The position numbers and the translations under genes are program-made. A stretch of DNA of 52,532 nt, the filler included, from Squatina squatina (Eukaryota): the NCBI GenBank assembly GCA_031763465.1. It is 3 parts of 3 records of this genome, joined end to end, with 100 filler letters (N's around TTAATTAATTAA, not from the genome) between each part and the next. Parts side by side here need not be neighbours in the genome. Positions count along the whole stretch, not along the records: positions 1 to 25,205 come from JARFOE010000057.1; positions 25,306 to 39,798 come from JARFOE010000235.1; 1 more part is not named here. One strand, written 5' to 3'. Positions 23,594 through 38,210 of the stretch are shown here, piece by piece. The notes beneath the pieces are model-generated. The model was given only the letters and a program-made list of their open reading frames with translations, was not told the DNA's origin and ran no database searches. How positions within the stretch are numbered: position 1 is the first letter of the stretch; the number at the start of each line of letters is the position of its first letter.

Positions 23594-25181
23594 TTATTCG
23601 TCAAGTTTGTTCTTCACTTGTTCAAAGAGTTGCATGACTCCCACTGCTGGGACACAGCCTTCTCTTAGAATGGTGATTCCTTCTGAAAAAAGTCAATCAT
23701 TTCTGTCAGAAACAGATTAATCATAGCCAAAGCCCATCACAATTACCACTGAAGTGGTCTTTAGAAATCATTAATAACGGTGAATTATTGAACAAAGTCA
23801 TATTAAAACTAACAGCCTATTTAAAAAATTCATACATGTAGAAACCCTGGGAGCTAGGCTAATACCAGTTATTGGATAAAATCAGTTTACAATTGTACTT
23901 TCTCGATGAACCTCACAGGTGTCAACATGAGTTGCATCTGGCTGACCTGCACAAGTGTTAATAATACATTCAGCAATGTAGCAAATGCTGTAACAAATGG
24001 TCAGCACTAAATGAGACTGCTACGTGTGTACTCAGTCCAACTTCAATCCCATCTCCTATTTCAAATACCACTATGTTCACATATTAAAGCTTGTATATAA
24101 TTGAAAGGAATACACATACATATAAGCCTTAGGGGCTAAACCAATGTAGAAGTTATTGGATAAAATTAGTTTAACCAATTGCGTATATCATTAATATATT
24201 TGAACAGAATGCTGTAATACCTTCATCAATCTTGGTACAGTTTACGACAGTGGAAGCAATCAATTCATTGGAGGTTCCATCACATAGAACACCATCAATC
24301 TTGTACCCAAGACGCCTGTCATTAAACATGATAACACACACATTGAAAAAGACATGTACTATTCGAATACATACGAGATAACCATGTCATGGTGGGTGCT
24401 ATCACACTCTCCACTAGGGTTTGCTGAAGTTATGGCTAGTGGCCCAGTCATATTCACAAGGTGGGCTGTCACAGTGTGGTCAGGAACACGGATCATGATG
24501 CTGTCCTTTGTACCAACACGATCATAGGCAGCGCCAACACCTTTAATAAAGGAGACAATCTGATTGTCAAAACTTCCTTAGAATCTAATCTCATTCTAAT
24601 ACTGATTAACTGATACAACTGGAAGTTTGAACAGGGATCAATAGCTGCTTCAACATGTTCTACGAATCACAATGAATACCTAGTCTCCTCAGCCATTCTC
24701 CTTTCTTCACAATACAACTGATCCCTCCAGGGTAGACATGGTTCATGAATTCCCAGAGCAAGGGGCTGAATGGAGGATGCACTGCAGAAAGTTGGTCCAG
24801 ACTGGAGATACAGATACAGATAGGCTTCTCTGCAGGACGTTCCTGGAAAGCATGGACAGCAATCATCCGTTAAAAGACTGAAAAGTGCACTTTATGGCAA
24901 ATGACATTACTGGGTAAGAATAAAAAGCTGTAAGAGTCTTGTCTGTATGTTCAGTATTTAAATCTCACTGGTTTTGCCATCCATACCTTTATGCTGTAGA
25001 TCCTTTCAACAGCCTCTGGGTGTTTACAGGAAGCTGCCAGGGCGTACACAGTATCAGTTGGTATCCCACACACATGGCCAGAATCCAAGATTTTTGCAAT
25101 AGTTTGCAGACCACTAGTCTGCCATGAAGAAGCAATGGGACAAGATGAAGTGGTTTGGTCTTTCCTTCTGTTTTTTTCAAC
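23594..25181 (-). CDS. YrdC/Sua5 (TsaC)-like domain protein, last five exons: 25181-24987, 24842-24680, 24540-24375, 24315-24221, 23682-23594
   Basis: All GT-AG and phase-compatible; spliced: VEKNRRKDQTTSSCPIASSWQTSGLQTIAKILDSGHVCGIPTDTVYALAASCKHPEAVERIYSIKERPAEKPICICI...VYPGGISCIV...IRVPDH...GPLAITSANPSG...ASTVVNC...ITILREGCVP...KNKLDE*. Confidence 0.92.
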
Positions 25182-25249
25182 CTGTGATTTATGAATAAAA
25201 AGTATNNNNNNNNNNNNNNNNNNNNNNNNNNNNNNNNNNNNNNNNNNNN

Positions 25250-25261
25250 TTAATTAATTAA
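25250..25261. other. Artificial six-frame stop linker inside an N gap
   Basis: TTAATTAATTAA flanked by 44 N on each side; identical construct at 39843-39854. Confidence 0.9.
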
Positions 25262-25363
25262 NNNNNNNNNNNNNNNNNNNNNNNNNNNNNNNNNNNNNNN
25301 NNNNNTATGGATAATTGTGAACGCAGACAAGAGGGAGGGTGGATAATTGAGGCTTCGCTATAC

Positions 25364-25497
25364 CTTGAAAGTCTTCCTTGCCTCATCTTCTGCTCCTGTT
25401 GTAGTCTGATGTTCTCTAATTTTACCGGGCTTGGAATGAATCCGACCTCGCATCCTTCTTTCACCAGTCGCCCTATCCACCAGTCATTGTTATATTT
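25364..25497 (-). CDS. CACNB1: Voltage-gated Ca channel beta-1 subunit, SH3/HOOK exon
   Basis: ag|[44 protein letters not shown]|gt; [11 protein letters not shown] and QEQKxRQ fit beta-1. Confidence 0.9.
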
Positions 25498-26656
25498 CTG
25501 AAAACAAAGGGAAAACGTACCAATCATTTTTTTTCCCCCCAGTGAATAAAAACAAGCAAGCTAATACCTGGCAAAATTGAACCACCTTAAAGAAGCGAGG
25601 TGTTCTGATAGCTTACCAAACCACAGGAGCATTATCAGAGCCCTAAGCAGCAAACCTGTGGTGAGTAACGTACCACCTTTGGCAACAGTGAACGCACAGG
25701 ATCAGTCACCAGATGGCAGGTGTGTTTATCCCTCCACCTCCTATCCTTCAACGTTTCTTTCACTGCTGTTTCCTATCCTGCGTACTACTTCCTCATCTGT
25801 GCATTTTATTCCCTTTTAAGACTCAATTCCTCAAGCTCTAAATTTGGGTAAACCAAAAAAAATGAAGGAGACAAATTTAAGCACTTTCTTGTCCCAGTCC
25901 AATTCNNNNNNNNNNGTGTTGGCTGCCCCTACCCTCGAGACAAGGCCTTAAGGAGTGGGCATTGTATTGGAGTAGAATGGAAACTGCTTTCGTCAGCCAC
26001 CAGTAGTTCAGTCATTACCCCACCATGGCTGGGCTGTGTACTTATATGGTACATGTTGCTTCTGTATGAATTCTACTTGTCTACAGATGTGGCATCACAA
26101 CAACCACAGATCACTTTCACTGTGCAAAATGAGATTTTTATTCTCTTTTTATCCAATCTTGTTATCCAGAATTAGAAATAAACTGAAGCCATAAATCATC
26201 TTTCTCACAAGACAGGTTTGGATGCGGATGGTCCTTTGGCTGATTTGATATTCTTTCAGAACACCAACCCTCCCTTTACAGTGTCCAACTGTTTACGAGA
26301 TTCCAATATCGTGTCCTCGCCTATCATTCCTGGCAACAGGCTCCATCTGTTCATTAGCCTCTGTGTAAAGAAATACTTACTGACATCTGATTAAACTTGT
26401 TCTCCACAACCCTAAACCTGGCTTCTCTTGTCCAGCTGCTCTGACATATCTGAAAGAATTGTTCCGAGTTTATTTCCTCTATCCTATTAGATAACTTGCA
26501 TACCTCCAAGATTCCTTCTAAGATACAAAAGCGAAATACTGCGGATGCTGGACTCTNNNNNNNNNNNNNNNNNNNNNNNNNNNNNNNNNNNNNNNNNNNN
26601 NNNNNNNNNNNNNNNNNNNNNNNNNNNNNNNNNNNNNNNNNNNNNNNNNNNNNNNN

Positions 26657-27300
26657 GGCCCACAGCGCCTCATGGATGCCCAGTTTTGAGCTGCTAGATC
26701 TGTTCTGAATCTATCCCATTTAGCACGGTGGTAGTGCCACACAACACAGTGGAGGGTTTCCTCAGTGTGAAGATGGGACTTCATCTCCACAAGGACTGTG
26801 CGGTGGTCACTGCTACCAATACTGTCATGGACAGATACATCTGCAACAGGTAGATTGGTGAGGATAAGGTCAAGTAGGTCTTTCCCTCGTGTTGGTCTTC
26901 TCATTGCCTGCCGCAGGCCCAGTCTGGCAGCTGTGTCCTTCAGGGCTCGGTCAGTAGTGGAACTACTGAACCACTCTTGGTGATGGACATTTATGTCCCC
27001 CACCCAGAGTACATTCTGTGCCCTTGCTACCCTCAGTGCTTTTTCCAAGTGGTGTTCAACATGGAGGAGTACTGATTCATCAGCTGAGGGAGGGCAGTAG
27101 GTGGTAATCAGTAGGAGGTTTTCTTGTTCGTGTTTGACCTGAAGCCATGAGACTTCATGGGTTCTGGAGTCAATGTTAAGGACTCCCAGGGCCACTCCCT
27201 CCCAAATATATACCACTTTCCCGCCAACTCTGGTGAGTCTGTCCTGTCGATGATACAGGACATACCCAGGGTTAATGATGGAGGAATCTGGGAGGTTGGC
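26657..27300 (-). mobile_element. LINE APE-endonuclease region (CR1/L2 group)
   Basis: HRQDR..GG, LLLITTYCPPS, LWVGDINVHHQEW, PTRGKDLLDLILTN, IGSSDH. Confidence 0.85.
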
Positions 27301-28976
27301 TGAATGGTACTCCAGCATTTAGTGTTCGCACTTAGCAAGTATAACCACTGAATGCAAAGCTCCATGGGACAAAGGCTCGCTCTATCGACCAGGAAAAAGG
27401 AGGAAAACTTCATTCTAACTGAGCAAAAGTCAGTGAGCGTGTTGGGTGGGTAACTTATGACCATGTGGAAGGACTAAAAAAAGTGGCAGCCATCACTGTA
27501 ACAGTTTATCAAGCAGTTTGTTTAATTCCACTGCCAACTTTGTTTAATTGACTTATCCAACTGATTTGTATAAAAGGTTCGGTTCTTGACATTTAGGCAA
27601 TTAAAAGCGGGTTGCATTTTGCACTGTGTATTGTTTGTATTTCACATTTTGAAATCCTTGACTCTCAGCCCAATGCCGTGAAGAGTAATTACAGAAAGGA
27701 CCTGGATTCTCTTTAACAGCTGGCTCTGTGCCAGTTGTTCTACCTCATGGACTCACTGCAAAAACAAGTTGGATACAGAACAGCCAGGAAGTGGCGCAGG
27801 TTTTGTGCAGGTATTAAATTAAACTATGGAATATACGCTAAAAGAATCTATATGCTACAGGGATGCTACTGAGTGGCGATAGAGGCAAAGTTCCACACGC
27901 CATGNNNNNNNNNNNNNNNNNNNNNNNNNNNNNNNNNNNNNNNNNNNNNNNNNNNNNNNNNNNNNNNNNNNNNNNNNNNNNNNNNNNNNNNNNNNNNNNN
28001 NNNNTTGCATGTGAAAGACTAACCCACCTGGACATGGTAGTTGAAGGCACCATACCCCATCAAGACTCAATACCTGGTGGAGAGACAGGGGAGAATGGGC
28101 AATTCCTTTGTAAACAAGCAAATTACTTGTCTTGTCCCTCTTCATGTGTCATAAACAGTACAGCATCTAAAAGGCCCAGTGCCACAAAATTTTACATCTG
28201 CAATTCAAATAGCCCCAGAATAGGATACTACAAAAATCCAGATGTTGCTCCAAATGTAACAAATACTTAATGACAAAAAAAAATCTAACTTGCAGAACAG
28301 TGGAAACAGAGACTCACTGCCAACCACATGTAGGACAAAACAATCAAACCAAGTAGCTACTTCAGAGCAACACGCAAGCATACATCGGCGAGACTGATGG
28401 CAGGTCTGTATCAATAAACACTTGCTGCTCCACTGGCTATGATAAAAATAGCCAGTTTTATATGGGTTATTCTACNNNNNNNNNNGTGAATTTAATAGGT
28501 TTGCCATCTATGTTGCATCTGATCTTGACGGCACTATTTTACCTCATGCTAATGTTTTGTTTCTTGAAACCTGGATGACTGGCCAAGGCCCACAGTGCAA
28601 TTTCAGTTTTAAATATACTCATCAACTGAGCATCAAGAAGATTAAATAGAGTCGAGAGGGAGAGAGAAAAAAAATGAAACAAATTAGGTAAATAGTACTT
28701 CGGGGGTGTCAGGCTTGGGTTTAAAAACCTGCCAGTGAATCATAACTGGGTCACTGACCACTGGTGTGAATTGTATAATTAGGTCCAAGGGGCAGCTAAG
28801 TGTGTTTTGAAGTCCTGGAAAAGAATCAGTTAGAACAGAACATGCGGGGCTTGCCTGTCGGATGGAGTGTTTGGAACTAAGGACGGTCAAGAGAGCAGTG
28901 TTGACCACAGTATTATTGATAAAATAATAAGAGCACAAATACAGTCGTTTTATAGTGCTTTTGGTCATCTACTTAC

Positions 28977-29063
28977 CTGTCTAACAAAGCTATTGGATGT
29001 TGTATACGAGGACGTGCTACCATCGGAGCGTTTGAATCGACTTTTCCTTTTGGCATACTTTCC
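28977..29063 (-). CDS. CACNB1: CACNB1 exon 2
   Basis: 87 bp, ag|[29 protein letters not shown]|gtaagt. Confidence 0.92.
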
Positions 29064-29211
29064 CTTTTGAAAANNNNNNNNNNNNNNNNNNNNNNNNNNN
29101 NNNNNNNNNNNNNNNNNNNNNNNNNNNNNNNNNNNNNNNNNNNNNNNNNNNNNNNNNNNNNNNNNNNNNNNNNTTTCGCCCTCCCACACCCAAGAATTTG
29201 CCTCCTGTTAC

Positions 29212-29292
29212 CTGCACGGGTTGGTTGTCAAACACGTCCATCTGTATCTCCTGGGAAGTTGAAGGTGTTCTGGACATGCTGTTTTGTACCAT
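29212..29292 (-). CDS. CACNB1: CACNB1 exon 1 (start)
   Basis: MVQNSMSRTPSTSQEIQMDVFDNQPVQ|gt, similar to the CACNB1 N-terminus MVQKTSMSR...SQEIPMEVFD. Confidence 0.88.
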
Positions 29293-29459
29293 TGGAGAGT
29301 GCTTCCAGTCACAGGTAGCACATTTTTAAATAAAGGTTACTACTGATTTCCTTTCTTTCTCTCTGGCTCTCCTTCTTTCGTTCTCTATATATTTGCCAGC
29401 TCTGCTCTTCAATATTAGGCTTTCCTCTCCTCTATCCCCTCACACAATGAATCTCATCT

Positions 29460-29690
29460 CCCCTCCAGCGCGCTACGTCGCCACCTAACTTCACGGTGTT
29501 GTGATTGGCAGACCATTGAACCAATCGGAAATGGATGGGTAGCCTGGCGCCTTGCTAATTGGTTGGCGATGTGGAAAATGTACCAATAGCAGAAAAGGTA
29601 TTGGGGAGGGCGGGCTGTACATAATCCGATTCGGTTCCCCCCTCCCCTCCTATACTTCCACCTTCCCCTGAGGAAAAAGGGGTATTTAGT
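29460..29690. promoter_or_regulatory. CCAAT/GC-box promoter upstream of CACNB1
   Basis: Several CCAAT/ATTGG boxes (~29504, 29521, 29558, 29583) and GGGCGGG at ~29608. Confidence 0.6.
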
Positions 29691-29942
29691 TGNNNNNNNN
29701 NNNNNNNNNNNNNNNNNNNNNNNNNNNNNNNNNNNNNNNNNNNNNNNNNNNNNNNNNNNNNNNNNNNNNNNNNNNNNNNNNNNNNNNNNNNNTAGCATAT
29801 TCTGTTGGCACAATTCAGGTAGTCTTTGGACAGATCCGTGATTGAATTATTTTTTCAGTAGCTCAGCTTAGAACTGTCTTAGCCTGTCAGAATGCAGTTA
29901 TGTGCCCAAGCAACTCGAAACAATTGTGTTTATCAATGTTAA

Positions 29943-32595
<2,653 letters not shown>

Positions 32596-33644
32596 TAAGG
32601 TTCCTTGATGATTATCCCTGGCAGAACTATTCCTTTCCCGGAGGTGGTGAATTGGCCTGAGGTTGGGTTTGGTCTACTTGCAGACTTCTACCTTGCCTAA
32701 GTAGTTACTCATGAACCTCGTCTCTCCTGTCTGGACCTGATACCCATGTTTGTTTCTACCGGTTGCTGGGCAGTCTGTCTTTAATTCCTCCTTAATCTGG
32801 GGTGCTAGGACTAATTGTGATGTGCCCCCACTGCATCCCTGGCTGACATCAGCTAACTGAGTCCACTGGAATCTTTCTCACCAAAACTACCCAAAACCAT
32901 TTACCTGCAATCTTGTGCTATAGAATTGTCCTGGTTTTGAATACAAAGTCACTACCATTCTCAACAGATATCTCTGCTCTGTACAGTCTTTTGAAATTGC
33001 TTAACAGAAGTGTTTTAGTGATATGCTGAATTATGGTTTGTGTCTTTCCTCCAATTTGCCAGGTTAGCCAATTAGTTATCTCTTGGTATGCCCTGGGCAG
33101 CCTCTGGTTTCTATTTTTTTTTTTAAGTTGACCTTTGGTATGCCCACTGCTTCTAGGCCTCAAATGACTGTGTATTTGGCAGCTCTCTGATAGGCATCCA
33201 AGTGGAGATGGAAGTAAGAGTGGAACATGAGGTGAAGTTTGTGTATTTGCGTAGCTCGGTGCCTGGGATTTGCTGGTAGTCTGGCTCCTGTTTGTAGGTT
33301 TCTTTACTTCAGAACTTCCACGCTCAAATTATTCTAGTGACATTGAAATATCTCTAATTCCCCTTTGATTTGAATAATTAGAAATTTAGGATAAGGCTTA
33401 TGATGGGTCATATGACAATCATGGCAGTGATTAGTCAGATTTCTGAATTTAGGTTTCATAAATGCAAATTTAGTTTTTGTGTTAAACGAAGCAGTTCTAG
33501 AAATCCTGCATGGCTAGTTTTTCATANNNNNNNNNNNNNNNNNNNNNNNNNNNNNNNNNNNNNNNNNNNNNNNNNNNNNNNNNNNNNNNNNNNNNNNNNN
33601 NNNNNNNNNNNNNNNNNNNNNNNNNNGTGTCTCTCCCATTTCAG

Positions 33645-33874
33645 TCAAATACAGCTGTACCAATTGTGAAAAGAAATTTAAACGCTCAAGTGGCCTACGC
33701 AGACACAAGCGGATTCATGCCGCTCGGGTGTCTGAGTGGGCATGTCCAATTGAGGATTGCAAACTGAATTTCAGAGCTGCCTTTAACTTGGAACATCATA
33801 TCCGAAAAGACCATTTCAAGGTCCTTGAATACCAATGCCACTTCCCAGACTGCCAGAAGGCTTTTACTATGAAA
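33645..33874 (+). CDS. C2H2 zinc-finger exon of a p43 (42Sp43)/TFIIIA-family 5S RNA-binding protein
   Basis: ag|..KYSCTNCEKKFKRSSGLRRHKRIHAARVSEWACPIEDCKLNFRAAFNLEHHIRKDHFKVLEYQCHFPDCQKAFTMK|gtaagt; finger spacing matches fingers 7-9 of the TFIIIA family. Confidence 0.8.
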
Positions 33875-34339
33875 GTAAGTATTCCGAGCCTGGAAAGCGA
33901 GTGAAATTAACAACTGCCCCTCTCTTCCTCAATTCCTTTTCCTACACTTGGTATTGAGGGTACTTTTTATGGCAGTCATGGGGAGGGAGTTGGTTGAAAA
34001 CAGCATTTTAAAACCAAGCAGATCGATTCTTTGATTCATAATCTTATTTAGATTTTGAGACAGTGGAGGAGTATTGAGGCTGTGAAATGTGTTTCTGAAG
34101 TTGATCATTGAAGCAGAGACCATGTCAACATTTAATAGGATAGATAGGTAGTTGATGGAAAATGAATAAAGGGCTATGTTAACAGGGCAGGTGCATGGAA
34201 TTGGGACTACTGCATTGGAGGATAAATATCTATACAATTAGTTGGGCTGCATGGCCAGTTTCTGTATTATTGCTATGTCTACTATGTTGCTCAGGAACAG
34301 GCAATAAGTTGCCATATGAACAGATTCATTCATTTCAAA

Positions 34340-34655
34340 TGAGAGTAAGCATACGGCCTCTTGAGCCTACACAGCCATTTATTAAGATAATGTCTGATCT
34401 TCTACCTCCACTCCATTTTCCTGTCCTCTGCCCATATCTCTTGATTCCCTTAGAATCTAAAAATCTATCGATCTCAACCTTGATTATACTCAATGCCTGC
34501 GCATCCATAGCCCTCCAGGATAGAGAATTCCAAAGATTCACAATCCTCTGAGTGAAGAAATTAGTTCTCATATCCGTCCTAAATGGCTGACCCCTTACCG
34601 TGTATGTTTCAATGAGATCATTTCTCATTCTAAACTAAAGAGACGAGGCCCAATC
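34340..34655 (-). mobile_element. CR1/HER1-like LINE 3' end
   Basis: MRNDLIETY...FRTDMRTNFFTQRIVNLWNSL...EIDRFL plus tail. Confidence 0.85.
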
Positions 34656-37474
34656 TATTCAGTCTCTCTTAAATTGTGCCTTTCACCGTAGTAATATTTG
34701 CCTGATGTATGCAGAATGAAAATCCAGCTCTTGCTGTCGGATATTTTTTGCAAAATGATGCTTGCTGTTTGATAGAGAAAACATAAAACAAACTCCATTT
34801 CCAAATCTAGTTGCTGGCAAGTATGAATAATATAAACTTTGTTCATAAATTGCCAGTTGAGCACAAATCACTGATGATTTGAAAGTAAATCTCCAGTGTA
34901 AGTAAGCAGTGTCGCTGTGCAAACTGCTATGCTGAGCACAACATTTAAATTAAACGTCAAATCTTCTGCAGTTGGATCGTGCTGTGAAGACAGTACTCTT
35001 CTTTTGGCAGTTGAATGTTGATAGAAAACATCAGAGCAGACGTGCAGTTCTCCCACCATGATACTCCCAACTGTATCACCCCAATCTCCAGAGAACCAAC
35101 AGACTCACTTTTTTTGTGGGTCTTATGATCTGCCTTCAAATTGGCGACCANNNNNNNNNNGTTCGGCTTTCCCCCATCCTGTGTGTGCAGAACAGCCTGT
35201 AAACTCAGATTTCTGGGGAAAATTGAACCAAAAAAGTACGTTGGGCAGCGGGACTTGAAGATAGCGTAACTCTCCCAGTGCCAAATGAGGCAAAAGTACC
35301 TCAAATGAGGATGACTGTCACCATCCCTCTCTGCTTGGTAAACTACTTAAGAGTTTGACTGAAAAGTTTACTCTGCACAGAATTATAGACACAAGCTTGT
35401 ATTTTACTATTGTTGAGTACTTTGATATTACAATTCTATTTTGCATGTCGACATTACCCTTGCTTTGATTAGTAGCACCTAAACGTTCTGTTAGGTAATG
35501 AGTTACATCCATTTCGTATTTAATGTGGTCGGAGGAACAGCAAGAATTACACAATAGAAAATTTGTGGATCGGGAGTGCATTACAGTAGACAAATCTTGT
35601 TAAATTAAAAAGTGCAGCCCTCCTTTTCAAGTCCTTCCAAGAGTGTGGTGAGTTAAAGATATTGTACAGAATTTAATACTTTGTTTATTTTGAGTGACTG
35701 CAGGCAAGAATTACTCACTCAGATTTCTTGGCTTATGGTATATATGTAGGTCATGCTTCAGAATTTGATTTGAGTTTTTAGCGGCCTCAGTAATCGTAGA
35801 TTCATAGCGGTATAGTCATGGGTATTAAAGCTGCTTTATTCCCTTTTGAATGAGTTCCTTGTCAAATTCATGGTGCCTGAGTAAATCAATCACTTATGTC
35901 TATATACTGAGGGGAAGTGAGAAACAGAATGTCGTCAGTACTGATAAATGAGAGATCCCCAGAGCAAAGTGCAACTGAATCTTTTAACAAAACTGATTCT
36001 CTCTTTTCAAAAAAAAATACGAGTTCAAACTCCACGGTGAAATCTTCCCCTAACTGTATGGTGCTTTTATAAGTTGTTAAAGTACTGTTGGCAGGAGACC
36101 CAGGATACTCGCATTTCCAGTGGCACATTATTAATAGAAAGAAGGTGAGCTCTACCGTGGGCATCTAAATAACTCAATTTATGGAAATGCTGGGACCCAT
36201 CACCAAAGACACTCATTATTCTCCATTCTCGGTCTGATGGCACACTACAAAAGGAGCAGCTCTTTGAAGTTTTGCATGTCCAGCTCAGCATCTCTGTCCA
36301 TACACCTGGCATTAAAAGTGCCCTTGTGTCAAACTATGCTGTCTGCCCTCGAGCCTTCCTAACTGCTTGCTGCACCTTAATGCTTGCTTTCAGTGACTGG
36401 TGTACAAGGACACCCAGGTCTCATTGCACCTTCCCCTTTCCCAATCTATCACCATTCAGATAATAATCTGCCTTCCTGTTTTTGCCACCAAAGTGGATAA
36501 CCTCACATTTATCNNNNNNNNNNNNNNNNNNNNNNNNNNNNNNNNNNNNNNNNNNNNNNNNNNNNNNNNNNNNNNNNNNNNNNNNNNNNNNNNNNNNNNN
36601 NNNNNNNNNNNNNCAGATTCTTTAACTGGGGTGTTGACCTACTTGTTCTAAATGAGTTGGTGCCCCTATTAAGAGCGGACAGAAGAATGTCATAGAGAAC
36701 GTGTTAAGTATTTGCCCACTAATACTACACATCACTGACATTTATTTTGGAAGCTTGTAGTACAGACAGTACAGACTGCATGTTCTTTTAAGCACAAGGC
36801 AGTTCTATAAGCTGGGACCGACACCTGAAGTAGAGATGTAGATGAACAAGGTCATTCGCGTTGTTATAACATTGTGAAGCTTGCCCAAATTAAAAAGGAC
36901 AAAGCTATCTCCAGCGGGCCCTCAACTCTAAGCACGTGCAATTCCTGGAAACATTCACAGAGGAAACAGTAACTACTAATATTAATGACAGCTTGAATAT
37001 GGGCCTAAAGGAAGGTTATTTATGTCACCCTTGCCATTGCTGAAGAAATTGTCCTTTGTTAAATCAGACAGCACAGTCACCTTTAGTTTTATGTATCTAC
37101 CATGTTTTCACTTTGCTCTGTACAATTTTTATTTCACAAGGAATATTTCAGATTGTGGACTGTGTGTTAATTATTAATAATTAAAACCAATTGCGCTGAA
37201 ATGCAATTGATTTTGAATTGTCAATGATCTGGCATCTTTGAGGAGATTACTGACAGATTCAAGGGTGACATTTTCAACTTTACCTGAGTCTGGAGTCACC
37301 ATTCTCTCATCCCAGGTTGATCACGGGAAAATGAATTAATCCAGCGGCATCATTCAATTGCACCATGTTGTGGNNNNNNNNNNNNNNNNNNNNNNNNNNN
37401 NNNNNNNNNNNNNNNNNNNNNNNNNNNNNNNNNNNNNNNNNNNNNNNNNNNNNNNNNNNNNNNNNNNNNNNNNC

Positions 37475-37645
37475 AGTTTGGAGGCGTGAGGTCACGTGAT
37501 GAAACCTCCCCGGAACACGCCCAATCAGAGTTGGCAACTCTTAAGTGTTGTAGAAGCGCAAAAACTGACTCCCAGGAGTGGGAAGTCTGTGCCTCCGCGA
37601 TCAAATGCGCAAGGGCAGCCCAGTGACCGAGCCCCTCCCCCAGTA
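37475..37645. promoter_or_regulatory. Promoter-like element of an unidentified gene
   Basis: GTCACGTGA E-box (37491-37499), CCGGAA ETS motif, CCAATCAG (37521), CpG-rich. Confidence 0.55.
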
Positions 37646-37804
37646 TTTGACAGGAAAGAAAAAAATTATTACATTTGTGGGAGGAATATTTTAAACCTAA
37701 ATCGCTCAACCACCGAATTAGTGCCCTTAAAATAATTAAAATTGTGGGTTGTGTATATTGTGATTATAGCTGGTGTTAGTTTTGGTTTTATGAGTTTGGA
37801 CATT

Positions 37805-38210
37805 AGGGGTTCAAGTCCCACTTTAGAAACTTGAGCACAAAATCTAGGCTGACACTTTCAGTGCAGTACCGAGTGCTACACTGTCAGAGGTGCCATCTGG
37901 CAAATGAGATGTTAAACCCAGGTTACATCTACCCTCCCTGGTGGATGTAAATGAATCCAAGGCACTATTTCAAAGAAGAGCAGGGTAGTTCTCCCCGGTG
38001 TCCCGGCCAATATTTATCCCTCAACCAACATCACCAAAACAGATTATCTGGTCATTTATCCCATTGCTGTTTGTGGGAGCTTGCTGTGCACAAATTGGCA
38101 GGCACGTTTCCTACATTATAACGGTGACTACACTTCAAACGTACGTCATTGTCTGTAAAGTGCTTTGAGACATTCTGAGGTCGTTAAAGGGGCTATATAA
38201 TTACAAGTTC
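37805..38210 (+). mobile_element. DeuSINE (SacSINE1-like), near complete
   Basis: ggttcaagtccc B-box, Deu-domain gcactatttcaaagaagagcagg...ccggccaatatttatccctcaacc...tgtttgtgggagcttgctgtg, tail ctatataattacaagt; fragments also at ~15300 (-) and ~39720. Confidence 0.8.

Noticed and set aside
35886-37020. Short ORFs and exon-like segments
   Set aside because: No recognisable homology in any frame examined.
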